Assembly (NCBI GenBank): GCA_964016885.1
Contig: OZ024740.1
Location: 186,124,001-186,188,000, forward strand
Reading direction: 5' to 3'
Source of the DNA: Eledone cirrhosa
Taxonomy: Eukaryota
DNA length: 64,000 bases
Below the pieces are notes generated by a model. It had not been told where the DNA came from, searched no databases, and saw only the letters and a program-made list of their open reading frames with translations. Every line of letters starts with the position of its first letter. Positions within the stretch are counted from its first letter, which is position 1. Of the stretch, positions 14,721 to 27,709 are shown one piece after another. The position numbers were made by a program, and so were the translations under genes.

Positions 14721-15539
14721 ATATATCAAGGATATCTATTTACATGTATTTACATGAAACCTGGGTATTAAATGCCAATTTAAGTTTGGTGTTCATGTTA
14801 TGTATAATAGATATACCTTCATAACAAGAACAAACAGTATTCTAGTAACAATTATATGGATATTTATTTATCCATATCTCTTATACTTTCTATTTCAAGT
14901 CGTTAGAAATGTGGTTCATGTAAAAAGGTTGTGCAAAATAGGGATTATTTCTCTTTCATTATTAAAGCGACGTTGTTGTGGTATCGGGAGTATCTAAGCT
15001 GATGAGAAAAACTGTCCTTAATTTTCAGCTATGATTTTAAGTTTTTTTATTTTTTGTTACAATATATCTTGAATTTGTCTTCAAATGTTATATATATGTT
15101 TGCAAGATGATTGCGAAACCACCTTACAACATAGCGTTGAATATAAAATATATATTGACTATTAACCAATATATAATCAGCCGATCTTTTGGAATTATTA
15201 TGAAGCACTGAAAATATAAATTTAATATAAAGACTGGTGTGCTCATGCGCGAAATTGCTATAAAATATCGCGATGACCCTTGAAAAAGGAAGAAGAAGTT
15301 GCTATCATCAGTGACTACGAGGAATCGAATCTCGTATTTTCTAGATACTGGCTAGGTCCTTTGAACCATTTTGCCAAGGATGATTATAGTTAATTAAACG
15401 CATGAAAAAAATATAAATTTTTAATTAATAACTGCGTAATTTAAGAAACAAAATACTAAGACATAGGATGAATTGATTGCAATTTATCTTATATCACAGC
15501 CCACTGCAAAATGGGGTACGAATAGATGTTTGCAAACAA

Positions 15540-16680
15540 ATTCGAAAGCCGAGTCTCCAATAATGATAGGTCTTTGTGGTGGTTCTATTACTTCTCTGAA
15601 GAAGCATACTCCAAAAGTGTTATGTAATCAGATTGTGATACAAGAGCAACATCGTATGCGAAACCATTTGAGTACAAATTCATAATTAAGAATAACTATT
15701 AGGGTTATAATTAAGATCAAATCAAATGTCAAACCTGATAGAAAGTTTCGATAACTATGCCAGAACAATAATGAACAATTTATTAAGTTACTGGTGCACA
15801 TAGGAAGTTCGTTGGCTATCAAAGGGTTCATGCCTGACTCGTTTTGTAGAATTACATTAGTGCTGTACTGTTCTCGAAAGTGAAAACGATATTGATCTCT
15901 GCCAACAATTGAAAAACATATAATATAATACATTTTGTTTGACAGGCATTTTAAAGAAACTTAAGGAAATTAGTTTGCAGCTTCAAGGAGCCAATATAAC
16001 ACTTATCAATTACAAACACGTTTTTTTATGAAAACCTCGCTCTATTCCGTCATAAAATTTTAAATGTGAAATTTCATCAGTATAATGATTTCTCTACAAT
16101 TAAATATGTTATAAACACAGATGGAGAATGAAATGTTTAATATTCACCTCAATAAGCTTAAATTGAATATGTAAAAAGGGATTTAGTGATATTTAAATGA
16201 TGAAGTGATTTCATAGTGAATTCCCTTACTTCATATACTGCTAAGGTTGATGTAACAAGCCATGAAGAACTATGCGAAGATATAATTGTTTCTACTTTTG
16301 GCACAAGGCCAGCAATTATCCCAGTGCATTACTGGTACTTTATTTTAACGACTCCGTAAGGATGAAAGGCAAAGTTAACCTAGGCGGGATTTGAACTCAG
16401 AATGGCAAGGGCCGTAACTCTATGCATCAAAGCATGGCGTCCAACCCTCTACCGAAGATATAATGAAAAGAAATTTGTGTTCCAATTGAGTAGCTAACAA
16501 AGACTACAGCAAAATACACAAATGCCTACCTTATATCCAAATGTATGGATAGTAGTATTTACTTTGCTGCTAAATCTGTTTGCATTACATCTTTCCTTTA
16601 TATAGGCTTTGCTGCTGTAACTCAAAAGGTAGCCCGAAAAATGTTCTGAACATAACTGAGTGAATACGCGTTTCTATCTA
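15540..16680 (+). mobile_element. hAT (Buster/Charlie-type) transposase relic
   Basis: Fragments read LLVH-EVRWLSKGSCLTRFVEL (about 15790-15855), LKEISLQLQG (about 15960) and LYPNVW (about 16530). There are many stops, and a SINE interrupts it. Confidence 0.7.
16287..16452 (-). mobile_element. tRNA-derived SINE (main family), 5'-truncated
   Basis: Matches the family sequence. Target-site duplication (TSD) cgaagatataat at 16275-16286 and 16453-16464. Confidence 0.85.
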
Positions 16681-17439
16681 TCATTTATTTCTGTCCGGCA
16701 TTTCCGCCCATGCACATCATGTTTAATTCCGTAATGTTTTTTTCTAAAAATTTCAATATATGTTTACCCTCTCTCCCTAAACCCACCCACGCCGTTTTTA
16801 CTTACGTGCGATAGCCACAATGCTTCTGGAAGAAGGATTTAAGATTTATTTTTAATTTTTAGTTATTTTAATTTAATTTCTATTTTATTGTTAATATAAT
16901 TTTATTTTTCATGGGTGTATATTACCAGATGTGGCTATGTATGTATTGAATACTGTTAGCTTAGAGATATCATACGTATATATTCATTGTTCTTTACAAT
17001 GACACCATACTAAATCATGTCTATGAATGCATACAAAAAAGAACACATGAGCTAATAACGCAGCTTCCACTTTCTGGGCGTTTGCGTGTACCTAGGTATA
17101 GGCCTATGTGTATGTGCATGTGCTGGGTCTACTAATATATATATATATATTAGTAGATTATCCCGGCTTCCTCATGATTTCTCCCAAATGAAACAGTTCT
17201 AGTCCTGTAGAAGCCATTTCTATATTAAATATATATATGTGTGTGTGTGTGTGAATATTTTTGTCAAGATTCTCATCATCAACCTGGTCAAAGAAACATT
17301 ACTCCCTGCCTTAAACTGCAAAATATTCCTCTCGTTGTCTGCTTTCTATTCCAAACCCTCTTTCTTACTTGTATGTTATGTCCACCCTTAACTTCCACTT
17401 CTTCCAAGTTACATCTCCCCATACCTCTCGACCTCTCTC

Positions 17440-18770
17440 TCTCTATATCTACCTTCTTCTTCCTTATTTCCCCGACCATGACGACTCCACCTTTTTCAGC
17501 GTGTTTCATGACAATATCATCCCGACGCAGTAGGCTGCGAACAGCAGAGAACTCGGCCCGAGTAAGTTTGGTGTGACGAGAACGCTTGTGGAAATTTAAC
17601 CGGTCTGGAAGTGTCCACAAAAGAGTCGAGGATACTGAACTGTTCAGAGTTCGACCTCCAGTTTGATTGCGACTGAGTCTTTTGAAAGAGTCTATCTGGA
17701 TCGATGATGGTGTGTCGTGTAAAAAAAACTTTGAGCTTTAGTCGACGCAAGAACGGTTCAATCTTGGCGAATGTGCGGAATTCGTGGCATGTGATTGTGG
17801 TATGTTTGTGCAAAACCCTGGGTAGGGGATAGCACTCAGCTTTTGAAAGTTGTAGGTCCTGGTGTAGGGTGACAACAGTAGAACTACATGAGGGATTGAA
17901 AGTAGCGGAGACAGAGTGACTGTGGTGGCTGGGCATGGTGTGAGCAGAGTCAGTTGTGGGGAGAGTAGTGTGGTGGATTCGATGAAGGAGGGAGTGGTAT
18001 GTGTCGGGATAATAGGGCTATGGCTGTGGGGGAGGTGGGTATGTGTGGTCACGACAGGCAAGAAGCTGAGTGAGTCAAGTTTTTTACTTCTTGCTGGAGG
18101 TTATAAAATTGAAGGAGGCGATTGAGGTGATGAATTGGAAGATGAATTGGGCAAATAGGGGGTGGCATGGTGGAGAGAATAAGGTAGGCTTTGAGGATAT
18201 CTCGGCCGAGAGAACGGATTTGAGAAATAGTGAAACGGATAGACGCCCGCACAAGATGGGGAGAGGAGTGGGTATGGTTCAGTAGTGGGAGCAGTACAGG
18301 GGGTGGTTTAGGAGAGACATAGAAGTTGGGGTGAAATTTGAGGTAGAAACCTTGGGGAATGAAGTAGTGATGGTGGGGGGGGGGACTTCAAAAGGTGACT
18401 TGATTATCGTAGGATGTTTTGTGAAGAGGATGGAGGGTTGCAAGGAGGAGTTTGTGGAAATAGGACGTAGAGTGTGCAGGAAGCTAGTGAAGGTGGAATG
18501 GAGCTGGTGGAGGATGGATTTGAGAGTGATTGATTGAGGGCTATATAGGGGGAGAGGGCAGAGAAACGACAAAAGGAGACTAGCAGCGCGGCAGTGAAAA
18601 GGTCGAAGTAAGAGGGGTAGGAAACTAGAAGGGTACCGGAATGAGAGAGAAATAGAATGAGGAGGTGGAGAAGGTGAAAATGGAGAAGATAGAAGACAAT
18701 GGTGGAGGAAAATTCATAGTGATTCGTGGATGATTCGTGTAATGCGAAAAGCAAAGAAATAGATCGAATG
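17440..18770 (-). mobile_element. Penelope-like element, N-terminal ORF fragment
   Basis: FLRRLKLKVFF...KLTRAEFSAVRSLLRRDDIVMKHAEKGGVVMV matches the IVIKPADKG pre-RT motif of PLEs. Confidence 0.75.
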
Positions 18771-19024
18771 ATCCATATATATATATATAGGGCAACATTC
18801 CCGAGATTTATTCTGCAGGCAAAACTGCGTTCTTTATATTTGTCTAGGAGACAACTGATCCATCGGCCACTGCCCCTGTCGCTCTAACGACCAGACTGCT
18901 CCTTGACGGTGTAGATAGGGGCTCTAAACCTAGTGCTCTTAAATATACTCTCCATGGTTCTTTTCAATGGCTGATAATACCTTACTGGCGCCACTCGAAT
19001 AAGGTAATTATTTAACCCATAAAT

Positions 19025-19168
19025 GGTGCCTTAACAGGTACTACTACTCCGGACCAGTACAGACCTGGGAATGAATACAACTAAGGGGTAACTCCATATT
19101 CTCCACAGCTTCTGAACTCCCGAATTGGAGCCTTGTCACTGGATGCAGTTTCGTGTCATACCCAGGAC
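19025..19168 (+). repeat. SINE-like dispersed repeat, 3' part
   Basis: gaactcccga..tggagccttg..tgtcatacccaggac is shared with 11281-11335. Confidence 0.55.
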
Positions 19169-19173
19169 ATATA

Positions 19174-20032
19174 CGAGGTGGGTCAGAAAAGTTCCAGGAC
19201 TGATGTCACAAAAGATTTATTTCAAACCGAAACTTCACACTAAGAGTTTTCTCCTTCAAACTAATCCCCCTGGAGTCTAATGCATTTTTCCATCCTTTTC
19301 TGTCACGCTTGCAAACACTCCTGGAAGGATTCTTCCGGGATACTCCGTAGTTCCGTCGTCACGGCCTTTTTGATGTCGTCCACGTCTTCAAAACGTGTCC
19401 CCACCGGGTCGTACTCGAAGATCCATGACTCATCACCGGTGATGATTGTCCCTAGCAAATCTGGTTCGGTTTCAAGACGCTCGAGGATGTCCTGGCACAC
19501 TTGCATGCGTCGACCCTTCTGGTCATCGTTCAGCAGTTTTGGCACCATCTTCGCGTAGACTTTCCGTATGTCCAAATCTTCAAGGAGAATCTTCCAAACG
19601 CTGTCCCGATTCATGCCCAGCTCATTCGCCATCAGTCGAACAGTCAGCCGAGGATCGCTACGCACCATCTGCCTGACGCGCTCAACATTTACCTCAGTCC
19701 TGGTTGCTGAGTGCCTTCCTCTCCTGGGGTCATCTTCCACGTCCTCGCTTCCTTCTTTAAACCTCTTGCACCACTCAAAAACACGTGAGCGTGACATCGT
19801 CTCATCTCCATACACTTGCTGCAGCAAACCCAGTGCTTCTGACGGACTTCTCAAGTGTGTTCGTTGATCTGTGCTCATTGCTTGACGACCTGAAACAGAG
19901 GACATGTATATAAAATTATGAAGATAACAGTTTGATCGGGATTACTTTGAAGGAGAAAACTCTTAGTGTGAAGTTTGGGTTTGAAATAAATCTTTTGTGA
20001 CATAAGTCCTGGAACTTTTCTGGCACACCTCG
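19174..20032 (-). mobile_element. Internally deleted mariner (non-autonomous)
   Basis: ~90 bp TIRs beginning cgaggtg..cagaaaagttccaggac, with TA TSDs. HTH and ITGDESW(I)FEYDP motifs are present, then a deletion removes the other catalytic aspartates. Confidence 0.92.
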
Positions 20033-20065
<33 letters not shown>

Positions 20066-20128
20066 GTACATATATATATATATACATCGAGTGCTCATAT
20101 ATATAAATATATATAAATATAAATATAC

Positions 20129-20202
<74 letters not shown>

Positions 20203-20349
20203 ATTAAAATACTGGAGCGTGTTGGAGTTAAACACCCTCTTCGTATTATAGAAATGACAGTAATAGGTATAGCTCAATGTAATTAAACAGAGCCGAAGAA
20301 TTATGAAAATAAAACAAAGAAGCCTTCAATACATCAAAAGTCTTTATTA

Positions 20350-20387
20350 GCCAACAATGTTTCGTCCTATTAAGGACTCATCAGGGC
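20350..20387 (-). ncRNA. Minimal hammerhead ribozyme motif in a solo pLTR-like segment (about 20200-20510)
   Basis: gcc-CTGATGA-gtcc-ttaata-ggac-GAAAC-att-GTT-ggc, then taataaa. The segment is flanked by (AT)n on both sides. Confidence 0.8.
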
Positions 20388-20506
20388 AATTAAAACTACA
20401 AGAAGCACTATCGGCCAATACAAGCCGAAAACTCCGAAGAATATGGAGTGTACATACACTAAAGTATTGGAAGATTATGGGTAAAAATATATATTGTTTT
20501 ATTTTC

Positions 20507-20553
<47 letters not shown>

Positions 20554-20617
20554 GTATTTCCGTAGAAAGGGTAAATGAAAGGAGAGTGCGTTGTGTATGC
20601 TACAGATATATTTAATT

Positions 20618-20795
20618 ATGTTATAAACAACATAAGACAATTATCCCATTTAACAAAGGTTTCACGGAGACAGACGAGCTCAACAGAGACGTCTGAAATT
20701 GCACTTCTGATGTGCGATTTCAAACGTCTCTGTTGAGCTCGTCTGACTTCGTGAAACCTTTGTTAAATGTAATAATGTCTGATGTTGTTTATTAC

Positions 20796-20797
<2 letters not shown>
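20618..20797. repeat. Fold-back element, ~87 bp arms, 7 nt loop
   Basis: Apex gcac-ttctgat-gtgc. The outer ends resemble those of the 36.4/38.5 kb element. A degenerate CTGTTGA..GAAAC motif is present. Confidence 0.88.
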
Positions 20798-20855
<58 letters not shown>

Positions 20856-21508
20856 AGTGGAAACTTAGTAAAATCGAAGCTTTCGCTGTGGCCAAGCGAA
20901 CGACCTACAATTTGGAATGAGCAGCAAAGCACTCCATACTCCTTAGTTTAGACAGCTTGACAAATTAGAAAATTGCGTCAGGCAGACCTAGCCACACTAT
21001 ACAAAAACAACGAAGAAACTAATCAGGTTAAACAACTGACCTGGACATATCGAATGATATTTTGCAATACGTTCGATAGGTTTCTATGAAATCGATATCA
21101 TCCATCCAGGTTACGTAAGATGCCAGCCTGTGTTATTCCATGATCGAACAAGAATTCACGTCGTCAACGGGAAATTTCGTTCTATGCCTCAAGCCGGTGT
21201 GGACTGGAACACTGAACTGCTATCAAGTGTTTCGCTGTCACGTGTTATTTCCAACAAGGGACGTAACCCTCAGTTTTTGGCGGGTAAATACAAAGTATGA
21301 ACAAAGCAATCCAATTCCGTTCCACATTCCAAATGAAAAACTCTACACTAGACTTTATTAAACAAACATAAATAATTAACGAATCAATGGAATTGTCTAA
21401 TTAAATTAATTCGTTAATCATTAATTCTAGGAGATAATAATACAAGTGAAAGCTTAGTAAAATCGAAGCTGATATATAAATACGTATATATATGTGTGTG
21501 TATATATA

Positions 21509-21596
<88 letters not shown>

Positions 21597-21836
21597 TATG
21601 AATGTATGTATATATCTAGGGAGTGTAACGTGAAGTTGCGGTAGGTTCACCCAGGTGAGCACTCGATGTTTAGATTCACGTATGTATCGAGGTGTAGAGC
21701 TAAACAGAGTGTAAATATAATAGTACAAGGAAGATTTGTTAAGCCTTCATTACGTACATTGAATAGCAAAACGCGCGTTACCAATCAATAAACATGATGA
21801 AGGATTATCAAAGCGTCCTTGTATTATTATCATATA

Positions 21837-21888
<52 letters not shown>

Positions 21889-22378
21889 AGCAAAAGGGAC
21901 ATTCAATTTGTTGGTAATTCAACAAATATAAATGTTTATAACTGATTCAAAGCACTCTTTCTTCTACCCCCACACACATACACATATCCTAATAATGATT
22001 TAAATCTACATAGCGTCTAAAAATAACGGGGTTTTTTTCAGCCTTATACCTCAACCTCATTTGCATACTCATCTTAATAATTTGTAATAATTTGAAATAT
22101 TTGACTTTTCTTCTCTTTCCCTTATTTCCTTTACTATCCAGGAAAAACTTGAATGGTTAAGTTTTTCTTTCCTGGTTATGCCAATATTTATAAAACAAAC
22201 TTTGTATTTTATCTGATGAGAGCGTAGCAAAGTTTTGGTACCCATGACTATAATAGAATAAATATGGTTTTGTAAATATAGTTTCCATTTATTTAATATC
22301 ATTGTGTATATATATTTATATATATGTAAGTATGTGTGTATACGTACATACATATATGTATACAGACGTACAGTAGCA

Positions 22379-22476
<98 letters not shown>

Positions 22477-22628
22477 CAGGTACACATACATATATGCACG
22501 TTTCAGTTTAGCGGACGCTTATTATAACGCCGCTTTTTTCGTTTGTAAACAAACTGAACAGCCTGATTTTTTTGCCGTACGGTGTTAAGGCAACCACGTC
22601 ACCTTTTTGTTCAAAACTGACACAGGAA

Positions 22629-22669
22629 CGATGTACTAGTTTCAAGCTTGTTAGCTATCATCAGCACCG
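22629..22669 (-). ncRNA. Minimal hammerhead ribozyme motif
   Basis: cggtg-CTGATGA-tagct-aaca-agctt-GAAAC-ta-GTA-catcg. Helix III is the palindrome ACTAGT. Confidence 0.8.
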
Positions 22670-22872
22670 TATACCCTTCTGCCAGATAGTTGAACGTTCG
22701 AAAGTATATACTTTCCTTATGAAAATTAACGGCTGAGCAGCCTAATTTGCATATCGAGTGAGTCAAGTCGGTCTGGCATACCGAAAACGATAAGTTGAAA
22801 TAAAATGAAAACGAAATTTCATTTCTCACTCTTAGTACTTTCGAACGTTCAACTATCTGGCAGAAGGGTATA

Positions 22873-22913
22873 CGGTGCTGATGATAACTAACAAGCTTGA
22901 AACTAGTACATCG
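22873..22913 (+). ncRNA. Minimal hammerhead ribozyme motif
   Basis: cggtg-CTGATGA-taactaacaagctt-GAAAC-ta-GTA-catcg. One substitution in stem II relative to the left copy. Confidence 0.75.
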
Positions 22914-23062
22914 TTCCTGTGTCAGTGTTGAACAAAAAGGTGACGTGGTTGCCTTAACATCGTACGGCAACAAATTCAGGCTGTTCAGTTTGTTTACAAA
23001 CGAACAAAGCGGCGTTATAATAAGAGTCCGCTAAACTGATACGTGCATATATGTATGTGTAC

Positions 23063-23109
<47 letters not shown>

Positions 23110-23221
23110 TGCTACTGTACGTCTGTATACATATATGTATGTACGTATACACACATACTTACATTTAAGTAAGTGCCGTACTAAGAGTGAGAAATGAAAT
23201 TTCGTTTTCATTTTATTTCAA

Positions 23222-23269
<48 letters not shown>

Positions 23270-23284
23270 CGTGTGTGTCTTTGC

Positions 23285-23379
<95 letters not shown>

Positions 23380-24646
23380 GGAGAAAATAATTAAAATGCG
23401 TGTTTATGGTGTTACATCTTAATTTGTATGCAAAAATAATGAAATATTTCATACTAATAAGATAGATTAAAGTATTCAAATCCCAGTAAAGAAATATGTC
23501 TACGTGAAACATAGAAATAGATGTAGGAGATTGATTAAATGGCTCGGAGACGACGCACTGCATTCCTGTATTTAATTATGTCTCTTCATTTTGGGGCTGA
23601 TTTTACTTTTCGATAAACTAATTATCAGGTAATATAATCGTTTATAATTTTCTTTCAAAATGAGTGGCCTTATTCCTTTCTAGGAATTTAATATGGAATC
23701 AAATAGTATTACGGATTAATAAATCGTGTTAAAGGATTTCATTCTTCACTGAGTATTGTTATAATATATTATAATATATACAAATAGACGTTAGATGCAT
23801 GAAAACTGATGACTTAATTGTTGTTAATGATTTGAACACAGTTTAATATCTTGCAATTGTTTTATTTGTAATGTAATATAAATGTATGCTGTCTATATTG
23901 TGAAAGTTCTTGCGCAACTTTGGACGGATTCTATAACTTTCGAGACATTATTGACTGTTTTTCCATTCGAGTTAGTGCAACAAAGACTATCAATTTTCGA
24001 TCACTAAAGATTTGTCGAATCGATAATACATTGTTAAACCTTTTCACGTTGAAGATAATCATTGCTTCAGTCACCGTTAGACACAATAATCAGAATAAGT
24101 AGTAGTTTATGTTCAAAGTCTTTGAAGGTTAACCTAAATAGCGGTTGTGAATTGTAGTCTCAAATTAAAATCAGAAGCAGACAAAGTTGGTGTAGCGCAT
24201 AGTCCTTTGCAGGTTTTAAATTGTTCTGTTTGTCTTGTAATATGAATGATAGCCTAAATGTTTTATGTTACATATTGGTATTTTAAAACTCTGAACTAGA
24301 AAGTTATAAGTTCAGACTGGTTACTTTCATTAGTTTTAAACTTTTGAGTTCATATTGGTCGCTTATTTTCATTTGATCATCCCTTTGTAGTAATACATAC
24401 ACTCCTATTTCTGCTCCATCTATGAATAAGTGCAACCTTTGCGAGCTTAGAGAGTCTCTTTGTACGTGGTTAGTAGAAATCTGCAAGAACCTTCAGTCAG
24501 ATCAACATATTTTCTTACACAAAGAATAACACATTAGCTAATGTAGTCTTAGAAACACCATGCCTGGAAAACGATAAGAGTGTTACGAATACAATGTTTT
24601 GTGGCATAGAATTTATTGGCTTGCGTTGACATTTGAGTAAAAAATG

Positions 24647-24848
24647 GTTTCCTATTTGGGCACAAGGCCAACAATTTGGGGGTAAGATGAATTTGATTAA
24701 ATCGATTCCTGTATGTTACTGGTGCTTTTTTTCTTCTGGCCCCTTAAGTATGAAATGCAAAGCTAATCTCGGCGGGATTTGAACTCAGAACGCAACTAGG
24801 CCACTAAGCTTGTTTTCCAACGCCCTACCGATACTGCCTATCCACCGC
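24647..24848 (-). mobile_element. tRNA-derived SINE (main family, older copy)
   Basis: ggcgggatttgaactcagaa (B-box, reverse strand) and the ggcacaaggcc tail. Confidence 0.75.
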
Positions 24849-25043
24849 ACTTTTGAAAAAATAATGCAGCCTTTTGAGATAGAGAATTGTGTTTAATATC
24901 AATTCAAAATTTCAATATGAAATTCGAGCACTATATATGACTAGCCTTTGATCCTTATATTTATCCCTACAACAAATTGGTAAACATATTTTACAATAGA
25001 TAGTTAATACCGAATGGACATTGGCAATATTACTTTTAGTAAT

Positions 25044-25228
25044 TAATTGTTTCTACTTTCGGCACAAAGCCAGCTATTACCCCAGTGTACTTTATTTTAT
25101 CGACCCTGTAAGGATGAAAGGCAAAGTTAACCTCGGCGAGATTTGAACTCAGAATGGCAAGGGCCGTAACTCAATGCGTCAAAGCAGCATGGCGTCCGAC
25201 CCTCTACCGATACTGCCAATCCACCGCC
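25044..25228 (-). mobile_element. tRNA-derived SINE (main family), full length
   Basis: Head ggcggtggattggcagtatcggtag (A-box) and B-box gagttcaaat. TSD cttttagtaat at 25033-25043 and 25229-25239. Confidence 0.88.
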
Positions 25229-26299
25229 CTTTTAGTAATGAATAGGAAACGTTTATACATGCGGAAACGAAATACGACAATCGGAAGTATTTGATAATGT
25301 TATACACCAACAAGAGGTTGTATGCATACGGATTTTATCCTTCAATTCATATTGACACTGTATTATAGGGATATTAATTGACACCATTATTTGAGTTTTA
25401 CATTATATCATGGAGCATGGAAGGATGTAAGGCGACGTTGACCTCGACGAGGCATGAAAGTAGAATTTAAAGTGTCGGAATTAAATAACGCATAGTATTT
25501 TGTCTGAGGCTCTAGCTTATCTACTAATCCATTGCCTCTAAATATGAAAAATATTTTGAGAAACTCTAAGGAATTGCAATAATTGATTCCAAAATGTGCA
25601 ATTATGTTAAGGGCCGTTTTGAATTTTCATATATAATATACATTCAAGGTGATATGTGATGACTAATTTATTGAAATGTGGAGAATATTATAAAATTAAA
25701 TTATTTGTTTGTATCAATGTAGCACAGACGTTTTATCAAATAAAAATATATTCTATGAAATAGTTTATCAAATGTTATAACAAAACAATTCAAACTTAAA
25801 AATTAGAAAGATATCAAAAGTGAAATATGATTTTATAAATAAAACATTTTCAATAGTCAACGTACACAGTCAACTTTTCAATAATTAGCAGTTATTATGA
25901 AAGAATACACAGTGGAAAGCAACATGCTTTATACAATATACTTTTTCTCGCAATATTCTTTCTCTTGTTATTTTCCTGTTAAAAGCATAGCAAGTTGAGA
26001 TCAATTATTGTATATGAAAGAAGTTTATATTCAAATATATGAACACGTAATTTTCCCCAAGATTGTAACGCAAAGTTAAAACTTATTGCATTATTAAATT
26101 AGTTCATTACTTGTTTTGTTTGACTTTAATAAATATGAATGGAAACGGCTCCTATTCTGTAACAGATGTCAGACTGTGGTGTTGTTATGGAACAAATTAA
26201 ATGCGACGTTTTCAAGACATTAATATTAAACGTATGCTTCTTCTTGATCAATATGTATTTAGCATAATTTACAGAGTTATTCAACGGTTCCTGTTATTG

Positions 26300-26415
26300 C
26301 TGCGTGGGATAGTGATTAGAGAATTTGATTCGCAATCGTGAGGTTGTGGTTTTGATTCCCGCACCGGAAAATGCGTTATGTTCTTGAACAAGATACTTTA
26401 TTTCACGTTACTCCT
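26300..26415 (+). mobile_element. Degenerate tRNA-derived SINE (second family)
   Basis: tRNA-like head followed by tgttcttgaacaagatacttt; similar to 6074-6190. Confidence 0.5.
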
Positions 26416-26766
26416 TCTGTGAGGAGTTGCAAAGGAAACACCCGTAGAAACATTGTTTCCTTGATCCTATTTGAAGAGCTGCAACTCAACCTGAAAGCGA
26501 ATGAGTTCTGGGACCTTGTCGACCGATTTCTTTTTCCTTGATTATTTAGCTTCTGTGTTATTTTAATCCCTTGGAAAACCTTAATTAGACAGTTCAGCTG
26601 TAGCTGCGCGTTTCAGAAGTCCACTTCATAGCCACGTAGTCCGCAATTTGATACAATAATTTAATACCTTAAGCAAGCCTCATCTAGTCCAATGAATTGA
26701 CTTTGTAAGACCCATATCTACATATATACATATATACATACACATATATATATATATATATATATA

Positions 26767-26820
<54 letters not shown>

Positions 26821-27218
26821 TGTGTGTGTATACGCGCCTGTCTGTGTGCATGAATGCTGTGTTTATTAGGAGTATATCATTAGTTAGAACGTCGGATAAG
26901 ATGCTATGTGTTATTCGTTCCGGCTGTCTGCTCTCTGAATTCAAATAATGCCGAGGTCAAGTTTACCGTTCATTCATTAAAAATATATGAAAAATGTCCC
27001 AGTCAAATAATGGTCTTGATTCCTCTGTGATATCACTTCCCCACTTGCATTCTTTCATTCTCTGGGAGAAATGTGCTGTATTCAAGCCTGGAGTGGTGGG
27101 TTCCGCCAAGTTTAAGAATGCCCTAGAAATGCTGTATGTTAATATGGCACCATTATGACTCCCCCAGGAGTTACGGGTTTATACATACACACATACACAA
27201 AGAAACACACACATACAT

Positions 27219-27289
<71 letters not shown>

Positions 27290-27573
27290 TTAATCTTTTT
27301 TTAAGGTAATATTTGAAGCTCTACTTAAACTTTAACTAGTTACCTACCTAGCTATGTGTGATTACACACTTTACAGATTATCCCCTGTGATTGTTGCATG
27401 TGTTTATTTTATATATATATATATATATGTCAATAAATTTCTAGTTGATATAAAATGCCCGGATCTATTCATGGGAATCTTTGAGCTTATTCTCCGGTGG
27501 ATATGGTGCATGTCTCGGATATGACTCCCCTAATTTGATTTAATTCAATTAATTTTGTATATATATATATATA

Positions 27574-27654
27574 AACGAAGGAATTGTGGTAAGGAATCAG
27601 AAGGACCATAACGCACTAGAGTACTCAATACTTAGGGTAGTAGAGTGGGTAATA
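27574..27654 (-). repeat. Solo fragment of the 31.8/32.3/61.7 kb repeat family, in (AT)n
   Basis: aacgaagga..tgtggtaaggaa..ggaccataacgcac..agagtgggtaata is shared with those loci. Confidence 0.8.
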
Positions 27655-27709
27655 TATATATATATATATATACATATATATTAGGTATTAATTTAACAAT
27701 GAAAATAAT

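Larger units (their letters stand above)
22324..23226. repeat. Compound inverted repeat with two outward-facing hammerheads
   Basis: 22324-22706 is the reverse complement of 22836-23164. A second inverted pair lies at 22791-22838 and 23178-23226. Confidence 0.92.

Noticed and set aside
15295-15380. Minus-strand tRNA-like sequence followed directly by CTGATGA
   Set aside because: There is no stem II/GAAA, and it is too decayed to call as tRNA, SINE or ribozyme.
23900-24600. Possible decayed transposase (LSKLAK-like fragment on the minus strand)
   Set aside because: A single weak motif with many stops; it cannot be assigned.
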